Positions 10,622 through 16,938 of a stretch of 64,000 nucleotides of DNA are shown here, one piece after another (positions within the stretch are counted from its first letter, which is position 1; every line of letters begins with the position of its first letter). The position numbers and the translations under genes were made by a program. The notes below the pieces were generated by a model. That model ran no database searches. It was given only the letters and a program-made list of their open reading frames with translations, and was not told where the DNA came from. Source of the DNA: Candidatus Tayloriibacteriota bacterium (GTDB lineage: Bacteria; Patescibacteriota; Minisyncoccia; Phycocordibacterales; PALSA-1337); contig CALRAJ010000003.1 of the NCBI GenBank assembly GCA_943350765.1, positions 65,456-129,455 of the forward strand. The letters run 5' to 3'.

Positions 10622-10696
10622 TTCTGTCCACGAATATCATTCGTGCTGATGAGCTAGTCTAATACCGCATGGAGGTTGATGACAATAGCGAAACAG
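10622..10696 (+). ncRNA. hammerhead ribozyme motif HHR2
   Basis: cuGUC | stem I cacgaauaucauucgug | CUGAUGA | stem II cuag..uag with large loop | CGAAAC | ag. Cleavage after C10628. Confidence 0.5.
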
Positions 10697-10847
10697 AATG
10701 TTCTTTGAATAATTCGTCATAGCAGAAAGTGGCTCAAGTCTTGGGCTATTCTCCGCTATGACGAAACCTGTCGGTTACGTATAGCAAACGCACCCAAACC
10801 TTTTAAATAAGGGTTGTTTAGCGATAACGTTACCGCCTTGTAATATT

Positions 10848-11465
10848 ATGAATAACAATAAATTCAGCCTCGGTCGTAGTTCAGAAAATCTGGTGGTTCT
10901 CAAGAACGGTCAACCGTTCTTCACCAGTCCCATTGCAAACGCTTGCATGGGTTCCCTGGAAGTTGGACTTCAACTTCCTAATCTCCCTGTGACCAAGAAA
11001 GACGACAGCGTCTGCACTGGTTACATGGAGCCTTACTGGGGTAATGCCCATACCGAAATTCTCGTTGCTGGAGGGAGTTGCTGTGATGGTTACTTGATGG
11101 GCGTAAGTCCTGACGGTAAACTCACAAAAATTCTTGCCATCGACTTCAACATTCGATGCATCGCACCATTTATCTACACCATTCCTGCAAAGGAAGCTGG
11201 GAAAGATGAGCATGTGATGCTCGGGTTGTTGGTTTCGGGATCAGGCTGTTCGGGTTGCGGTGTCAGGTTTGTGGATTTCAATAGGCCAACACCTATTTCC
11301 ATGCCTGTCATTTCAACCGAGGAAGCGGCGAAGCGTTCCAACTTCTGGCTTAACGGCGGTGACCCATTCAGCGTTGCTGATATTTGGGACCGTTTGGCTA
11401 AACTCGGCATCACTGCTGACAAGGAGAGGACCGCAATGGCTTCAAAAGCCTTCGTCGCCTTCTAA
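10848..11465 (+). CDS. hypothetical protein (cassette ORF A)
   Basis: 205 aa, Cys/Gly-rich. No recognisable domain. Confidence 0.45.
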   Translation: MNNNKFSLGRSSENLVVLKNGQPFFTSPIANACMGSLEVGLQLPNLPVTKKDDSVCTGYMEPYWGNAHTEILVAGGSCCDGYLMGVSPDGKLTKILAIDFNIRCIAPFIYTIPAKEAGKDEHVMLGLLVSGSGCSGCGVRFVDFNRPTPISMPVISTEEAAKRSNFWLNGGDPFSVADIWDRLAKLGITADKERTAMASKAFVAF

Positions 11466-11556
11466 CGAACAGAGGGACTGCGGCATCGGCACGCGGGCTA
11501 TGCATACTAGCTGGCAACAGAATAGTATGAACCGGGATTAGTAATTTACTAATCAA

Positions 11557-11607
11557 TACTGTCCGAGAGTGCGTACTCTCGCTGAAGAGCTCAAAAGAGC
11601 GAAACAG
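11557..11607 (+). ncRNA. hammerhead ribozyme motif HHR3 (minimal)
   Basis: cuGUC | cgagagugcguacucucg | CUGAAGA | g cuc aaaa gag c | GAAAC | ag. Cleavage after C11563. Confidence 0.6.
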
Positions 11608-11924
11608 AATGTTCTTAAAACCAAAAATCTTTAACCTCCGCTTTATTTATTTTATTCCGAAATAGAATGCATAAAGCGGAGGTGTAAAGAACGCCACTCC
11701 GACTTCACCGAAGGGAAGGGCGGTGGTCGTAACCACTGTCAGCAACTAAACCGCACTCAAACATTGGCAGGTTGAAAACTGTCTTGGGTAATTCCAGATA
11801 ATGAGCAGTCATTATTATTTGAGAGGTGTAGTTGCAAGCTATAAATCATAAGCCAAGGGTGGCAAATTACCACCCTGTTGATTTATAGAAGGAGAATGCT
11901 CAGTAATTCAATACCCAGCCTTCT

Positions 11925-11982
11925 CCACTTTATTGAGTTCATAAAGAAATTTGTGGATTCATAGAGTTCTTTGAATTTTATG
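11925..11982 (+). promoter_or_regulatory. conserved leader hairpin motif, copy 1
   Basis: ctttattgagttcata...tgtggattcatagagttctttgaattttATG. Stem tgagttcata/tgtggattca holds only if GU wobbles are allowed. Homologous to 13051-13124 and 15818-15886. Confidence 0.5.
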
Positions 11983-12228
11983 TGGTATGACTGGGAATGG
12001 ATACAGTGGGCCAAGGAAGAGTGGTGGTATCTGGAAGTTAAACCTGAGAGTCCTCTCGGGAGGAAAATCAGATGGAAACTTCTGGTGAAAGCCGCTCTTG
12101 CTTATCTGCGTTCCGGAAAAGTCCAAGAAGAAAACTCAACCATCAGGGATGCCGTCAGGCTGGCACACGGGTGGGTGCAGAGTAATTTTCAGGGAATCGG
12201 AGTGTGGTTGGGCACTGGTCAACACTAA
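11980..12228 (+). CDS. hypothetical small Trp-rich protein (cassette ORF B)
   Basis: ATG at 11980 (MWYDWEW...), directly after the leader motif. Short, so low confidence. Confidence 0.3.
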   Translation: MWYDWEWIQWAKEEWWYLEVKPESPLGRKIRWKLLVKAALAYLRSGKVQEENSTIRDAVRLAHGWVQSNFQGIGVWLGTGQH

Positions 12229-12314
12229 CCATTTAAAACTGCCATATAAGTATGGCGGAGCACGGGTCACGGCTTGGCAACAGAATTGTGACAAATAAAT
12301 CTTGGTGTGCAGAA

Positions 12315-12397
12315 ACATGTGATGATACAGCATTATAAATGTATCCGTAATTCCTCGGTGAAGTTCCGAGGCGCCTGACGAGCGGAAATTGTTGGGG
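12315..12397 (+). repeat. composite intergenic repeat, blocks X plus Y, copy 1, continuous with HHR4
   Basis: acatgtgatgatacagcattataaatgtatccgtaat followed by hairpin ccucggugaaguuccgagg and cgccugacgagcggaaauuguugg. The same blocks recur at 16278-16384 and partly at 12854-12907. Confidence 0.55.
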
Positions 12398-12411
12398 ATC
12401 GCAAGATTCTC

Positions 12412-12466
12412 CTCTGTCTCGGAATGTGTTATTCCGACTGATGATGACTCAAAAGAGTCGAAACAG
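12412..12466 (+). ncRNA. hammerhead ribozyme motif HHR4 (minimal)
   Basis: cuGUC | ucggaauguguuauuccga | CUGAUGA | ug acuc aaaa gagu c | GAAAC | ag. Cleavage after C12418. Confidence 0.6.
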
Positions 12467-12538
12467 AGTGTTCTTTAAAATATATTTCATAGCACAGTCT
12501 CATTAAAGGGTCGATTTTCGATTTGATGGGAGTGTGCT

Positions 12539-12769
12539 ATGAAATATAAAACAAATTGGAAGCCGATTGTAGGAAGTCTCGATGAGTTACCTGTGCTAAG
12601 GAGCGCAACAACCCTAAGTGGGGTTGTTGAGTCAGCTTCTCGGACAGGGTCACTCGTTGTCCTTCTCGACGATGGAAGCAAGGTTGGAGTTTCAGGTGGA
12701 AAATATGCCCAAAAAGGACAAAGGGTCATACTCACTGATGGGGCTGATGGAGGTTATGTTGTGGCCTAA
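12539..12769 (+). CDS. hypothetical small protein (cassette ORF C)
   Basis: 76 aa, Gly/Val-rich. Confidence 0.35.
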   Translation: MKYKTNWKPIVGSLDELPVLRSATTLSGVVESASRTGSLVVLLDDGSKVGVSGGKYAQKGQRVILTDGADGGYVVA

Positions 12770-12853
12770 AAATCCAAGGTAATCCTAGCGGAGGCTAGTA
12801 CAACACTCACCACTCCCGCACATTCTCGGTGGGACAAAAAGTGGTCAAATCAT

Positions 12854-12907
12854 GGGACGTAATTCTTCGGGGAAGCTCCGAAGCGCCTAGCGAGCGGAAA
12901 TTGTTGG
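12854..12907 (+). repeat. partial X'-Y repeat without hammerhead
   Basis: gacgtaattcttcggggaagctccgaagcgcctagcgagcggaaattgttgg, homologous to 12340-12397. Confidence 0.5.
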
Positions 12908-13050
12908 TTTGGTAGTTGCTCCACAGCATACTTTATGGCACTTGCGTGTTAACTACTCAAGTGCAAAGGATCTACTCGTAGGCTTGATGGGTGAACCCGT
13001 CGGCATAAGAAAGAGTTGGCAAAAGATCCTGCTTGAGAACCACCTATTCT

Positions 13051-13124
13051 CGAGCACTTTATTGAGTCCATACAGTGAAATATTCTTATGGACTCATTGA
13101 GTGATTGTTTTTTGTGAATAAAAT
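13051..13124 (+). promoter_or_regulatory. conserved leader hairpin motif, copy 2
   Basis: gagcactttattgagtccata cagtgaaatattct tatggactcaa, a perfect 11-bp stem. The ATG of ORF D lies 27 nt downstream. Track ORF 12909-13100 overlaps it and is probably non-coding. Confidence 0.55.
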
Positions 13125-13574
13125 ATGAAAAAAAGAGGCGACACGGTTAGGTTCAACGACGTACACTTCGTTGTGTATCAGATTGTCAGGCCGATAGCCA
13201 TTGAGGGGGTCTTTGTGCTTCCTCTGGTGTTTGCTACGATGCCACTCACAACATCTGAACTTTTGGTAACCACCCCGAGAGGTCAGATGATAGCTCAGTG
13301 TTGGAATATGCGGAATGTCTCTGAAAAAGCTTTTGGACGGCTTGGAGATTCTGAGATAGGCATACTTTCCTTGGGGGAGATGGATCGCGTCCGGTTCGTT
13401 GTAAGGAATTTTTGGTCTGGATCCGATATTCCTCCTCATGTCGCGGAGTACTACGGGATTCATCCGATTGGCGATGACCACCCCGATCTTGAGCAGTACC
13501 TCAGAAGCTGGACTCGGAAAGTTGATCCGATTCAGGTGGATATCCGTGCCGAACTTTTTGGAAGGGGCATGTGA
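13125..13574 (+). CDS. hypothetical protein (cassette ORF D)
   Basis: 149 aa; GC noticeably higher than the flanking housekeeping genes. Confidence 0.4.
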   Translation: MKKRGDTVRFNDVHFVVYQIVRPIAIEGVFVLPLVFATMPLTTSELLVTTPRGQMIAQCWNMRNVSEKAFGRLGDSEIGILSLGEMDRVRFVVRNFWSGSDIPPHVAEYYGIHPIGDDHPDLEQYLRSWTRKVDPIQVDIRAELFGRGM

Positions 13575-13592
13575 GTTTTTCGGAATCAATAA

Positions 13593-14021
13593 GTGGACGA
13601 TGTAACGTTCACTTTCTTATCAAGTCCATCAACGATGGTGGGCTTGTTGGAAAAACGACAGAATTTCGAATTATCTATGAGCACAAATTTTCAGTCGGCA
13701 ATGGTCGAATGGGTTCTGACGGGAAACAATACGGAGGAAGACCCTTTTGAGTTTGAGTTCCATGCGATAACCAGCGATGAGGAGAGTAAGTTTCTTAGGC
13801 CGTTTGTCGTCGCTACAGTGTGGGTGGCCGGTGACGATTATGGTTTAATCGGGCCGTGCCTAGATAGATTGTTTGAAGAGAGTCGGTTTGCAGGCATGGC
13901 CCGTTACGGAAATGTTCGGCTGTCAACCATCGGTCTCGTTGTTTTTGATGGTATTGGAAAACTAACCTTCGCTTTGACTGATGAAGGTCAGTATGTGTGT
14001 TGTTTCGATAGTTTCACTTGA
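13593..14021 (+). CDS. hypothetical protein (cassette ORF E)
   Basis: 142 aa. Its first 25 codons are duplicated at 15250-15318. Confidence 0.4.
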   Translation: MDDVTFTFLSSPSTMVGLLEKRQNFELSMSTNFQSAMVEWVLTGNNTEEDPFEFEFHAITSDEESKFLRPFVVATVWVAGDDYGLIGPCLDRLFEESRFAGMARYGNVRLSTIGLVVFDGIGKLTFALTDEGQYVCCFDSFT

Positions 14022-14281
14022 TGGACCGCCGATCTCCATGGTACATGATCGGCAATTTATCAAGCTCGGCATTTTCCACACTGTAAAGTTGGAAAAATGA
14101 TGAGCTTGTAGATTTGATTTCAGTTCTTTGAAATCTCGTAACACATTTCATGTTCGACAGGTGAATGGGGACAGTCTAGACCCCCGTTCACTTGTTGAAA
14201 AATCCAAATAGGCATATCTGGAAGTTGCAAAAAAGCGACAGGATATGAGGGGTAGAGATTGCATCAATATTTCTATTTTTT

Positions 14282-15187
14282 GTGATGAGTGAACTTGTTA
14301 TGAAAATCACAATCTTGGTGAAGTGTGTCCAACTCGACCCCCGCCCTCAAGGCGCGGGAGGCAACGAGGAGTTTTTCCGCGGTAACCGCGTTCTCGGCAT
14401 CGAAGTCACGATTCCGAGCCTTGCGGCCCGCTGTATCGCTAACCTCGACCACCATGGCGAACATGACACAGCGGAAACGCCAAGTGCCTGTGAGCAAGCT
14501 CTCACCAAGAGCCTCGGCAATACTGGCGTAATCATGGCGACGGTTCGGCCTGATGCTGACTCGGTGACCGCCATGGCGGTTTTGGCACGGCAGCTCGAAG
14601 GCCTGTCAGTGGATGAAGACCTCATCCGCGCGGTCGGAGCCTTCGACCGGCTGGGGCCAGCTGCCGGGCGTCCGGAAGATCGCGTCATTGCGATCGCTCG
14701 GAAGGCGATGGACTTCAAGATCCTCCTGTGTGATCGGGTGATCTGGGTGGCTGACCTTATCGGGGGTGAGGACAAGTCGGCCGAGGTCGCGACTTTGGTG
14801 GCGTCTCACGATGCCGACATCGCCGCGGCTCGGCAGGCATCGCAAATCAGCACCCGCTCTTCCAAAGGGGTGATGATCGCATCGGTCACCTCTACTCACC
14901 GCAACGCCACCCTGCTCGGCTACGAGGCTGGACAGGTGGTGGTGGCGTTTAACCCCACCATGGCGGTGGACCCGAAGTCGCCCTCTGCCGGTACCTACGA
15001 GAAGTTCACGGTCTGCAGGTACGACTCCCATGTCAGGTGCGATTTGCCCTCAGCTCTCAAAGAACTTCAAGCTCTCGAAGTTGGGTGGGGTGGTCGCGGC
15101 GACATCTTCGGGTCCCCTCAGGGTGTCAGTTCGACCTTAGTGACGGCACAGGTGTTGGAAGTGGTTGCTCGCCACTGCTACGAATAA
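14282..15187 (+). CDS. hypothetical protein, markedly GC-rich (cassette ORF F)
   Basis: 301 aa, Ala/Arg/Gly-rich. Several antisense ORFs overlap it, as expected for high GC. Composition differs from the host genes. Confidence 0.4.
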   Translation: MMSELVMKITILVKCVQLDPRPQGAGGNEEFFRGNRVLGIEVTIPSLAARCIANLDHHGEHDTAETPSACEQALTKSLGNTGVIMATVRPDADSVTAMAVLARQLEGLSVDEDLIRAVGAFDRLGPAAGRPEDRVIAIARKAMDFKILLCDRVIWVADLIGGEDKSAEVATLVASHDADIAAARQASQISTRSSKGVMIASVTSTHRNATLLGYEAGQVVVAFNPTMAVDPKSPSAGTYEKFTVCRYDSHVRCDLPSALKELQALEVGWGGRGDIFGSPQGVSSTLVTAQVLEVVARHCYE

Positions 15188-15249
15188 GTTTTGACGGCGT
15201 TTGAGCAACGCCATCACATACCGCAATATGTGATTTCGAATCAACATGT

Positions 15250-15318
15250 AAATCAACAAGTGGACGATGCGGCGTTCACTTTCTTATCAAGTCCATCAAC
15301 GATGGTGGGCTTGTTGGA
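15250..15318 (+). repeat. direct repeat of the 5' end of ORF E
   Basis: caacaagtggacgatgcggcgttcactttcttatcaagtccatcaacgatggtgggcttgttggaaag is near-identical to 13585-13655. It encodes MDDAAFTFLSSPSTMVGLLERRGYQ and then a stop. Confidence 0.6.
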
Positions 15319-15406
15319 AAGAAGGGGATATCAATGATCCCGAAGTGGTTATTGAGAGGGCTAGACGGCAGATGGCCGAGAATTATGAAGGATTAGATTG
15401 AAAATT

Positions 15407-15570
15407 ATGGGAAAAGGTACGAAGTCCTTCAAGGTGTCAGGCGGTTCGGGAGGAAAGCGTGGTCACTCTAACATGTGCCATTGGACAGTTACTGCTGAAA
15501 TCAAGGCAGTTTCCAAGAGGGCGCGTCGTCTGGAAACCAAGCGTCTCATCGCTACTGAACGCCAAGACTA
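15407..15570 (+). CDS. possible small basic protein (54 aa)
   Basis: MGKGTKSFKVSGGSGGKRGHSNMCHWTVTAEIKAVSKRARRLETKRLIATERQD. Below the ORF-track size cutoff and speculative. Confidence 0.2.
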
Positions 15571-15817
15571 GAAGGCAATAACACCTTGCAAAAGGTTGCC
15601 ACAAAATCCGGTGGTGTAAATCAAGGTAAACAGTTTTGTCCCCGTTTTTTCTGAAAAAAATGGATGAGCCTAGAGGAAGCAGAGCCTCAAATGTTTTGTT
15701 CTTAAGGGGATCAATTTTTGCTAGCAAGAATTGATAAAGGATCTATCCCATAGCGTGATGAGAAATCATCGGCGTAAGGGGTGGCACAGATCCATGCTCA
15801 AAGAAAGGACCTAATCT

Positions 15818-15886
15818 TGAGCACTTTATTGAGTCCGTGCAGTGAAATACATTCGCGGATTCATAGAGTTCTTTACAAATTATGTT
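15818..15886 (+). promoter_or_regulatory. conserved leader hairpin motif, copy 3
   Basis: cttgagcactttattgagtccgtg cagtgaaatacatt cgcggattca tagagttctttacaaattatg. The stem is kept by compensatory and wobble changes relative to copies 1 and 2. Confidence 0.55.
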
Positions 15887-16219
15887 ATGAGTATGAAAAC
15901 CAACTCAGTTATCGGGGCTGTCATTTTGGTAGTCGTAATCTTCCTAACCACTGGTTGTGAGGAGGCTGACAAGAGTCAGTTCAACCTCACATCGTTTCCG
16001 ACTAACCACTGGAAAGTGGTCGGTCAGGGAACGAATGGGCAAGTCGTCGTCGAGACGACATCCACTAACCTGTTGCAGTACTTTCGGGTACACCTAGCGA
16101 CAGCTGTGGTTCCCTTGACTAACGGGCAATCGGCCCGACTCGAGGTAACCACAAGGTGGAATCCCAGGAAAGGGGTGCGGGAGATTATCTCCTCCATGGC
16201 TTATCCAGCGATGGAGTGA
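15887..16219 (+). CDS. hypothetical lipoprotein (cassette ORF G)
   Basis: MSMKTNSVIGAVILVVVIFLTTGCEE is a signal peptide plus lipobox Cys. First in-frame ATG after the leader motif. Confidence 0.4.
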   Translation: MSMKTNSVIGAVILVVVIFLTTGCEEADKSQFNLTSFPTNHWKVVGQGTNGQVVVETTSTNLLQYFRVHLATAVVPLTNGQSARLEVTTRWNPRKGVREIISSMAYPAME

Positions 16220-16277
16220 TGAAGTAAGGTTGAAATTGAACCTCTAAAATTCTCCTCTCCTGCAGAGTGCGCAGGGA

Positions 16278-16384
16278 ACATGTGATGGTACAGCATTATA
16301 AATGTATCCGTAATGTGATTTGGCTAATACCAAATCCGACTCTGGGGAAGCTCCGGGGCGCTTGACGAGCGGAAACTGTTGGGG
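16278..16384 (+). repeat. composite intergenic repeat, blocks X plus Y, copy 2, continuous with HHR5
   Basis: acatgtgatggtacagcattataaatgtatccgtaat, then a 30-nt insert, then ctctggggaagctccggggcgcttgacgagcggaaactgttgggg. Confidence 0.55.
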
Positions 16385-16398
16385 ATCATAAGATCCTC

Positions 16399-16453
16399 CC
16401 CTGTCTCGGAATGTGTTATTCCGACTGATGATGGCTCAAAAGAGCCGAAACAG
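16399..16453 (+). ncRNA. hammerhead ribozyme motif HHR5 (minimal)
   Basis: cuGUC | ucggaauguguuauuccga | CUGAUGA | ug gcuc aaaa gagc c | GAAAC | ag. Cleavage after C16405. The stem II changes a-u to g-c relative to HHR4 and so are compensatory. Confidence 0.6.
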
Positions 16454-16499
16454 AATGCTGGTGTGCTTGTTGGAAAAATTACGGTATTCGTATTTCCCT

Positions 16500-16835
16500 A
16501 TGAAGACATTTCAAGACGAAGTCTGTGGCGATCTGGTGGCCTCGGTGATATCTGGCTACACATCCCTGAATCATTCGGATGTTAAGGCGTGGATTATGAA
16601 GTGGGGGTTGATGCCCGTTGAATTCCCTCAAGACCTCTGTCTTTCGTTGATTGAGATAGACGAGGATCATGAGACTGATGGCGGCTTGGTTATAAACCTC
16701 GGAAAGATTGATGGTACCAGGAAATGGTATGCAAACAAACCCAAAGATGTCATCGAAAAAGTTCGACGGGATATTGCCGACGCACTACGGGATCTAGGAG
16801 CTGTTACCAAAGAATCTTCTCGGGCGACGGACTGA
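16500..16835 (+). CDS. hypothetical protein (cassette ORF H)
   Basis: Track ORF 16413 overlaps HHR5, so start is moved to ATG 16500 (MKTFQDE...). Confidence 0.35.
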   Translation: MKTFQDEVCGDLVASVISGYTSLNHSDVKAWIMKWGLMPVEFPQDLCLSLIEIDEDHETDGGLVINLGKIDGTRKWYANKPKDVIEKVRRDIADALRDLGAVTKESSRATD

Positions 16836-16938
16836 TCCATGCGATAGGCGGTCATAAAAGTTTTCAAAGTGCCTGACCAGCACTTTTTTATTTTGTAATA
16901 CATCTCTTAAAATGCTAGTATGAGGGCTATATAATAAT

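Noticed and set aside
12361-12395. Block Y (CUGACGAGCGGAAA) as an independent sixth hammerhead
   Set aside because: There is no stem II between CUGACGA and GAAA, and no cleavage-site or stem I arrangement. Reported only as part of the composite repeat.
12909-13100. 63-aa plus-strand ORF
   Set aside because: It overlaps the conserved leader hairpin (copy 2). The real gene most likely starts at ATG 13125.
8741-16938. Integron gene-cassette array
   Set aside because: No intI tyrosine recombinase or attI is present. The recurring hairpin does not match the attC R/L box consensus. Kept only as an analogy in the findings.
8741-16938. Prophage or phage satellite
   Set aside because: No integrase, terminase, capsid, portal or tail genes are recognisable, and no tRNA or att duplication at the borders. 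The hammerhead motifs are phage-associated in other bacteria, so a decayed phage-derived region cannot be excluded.
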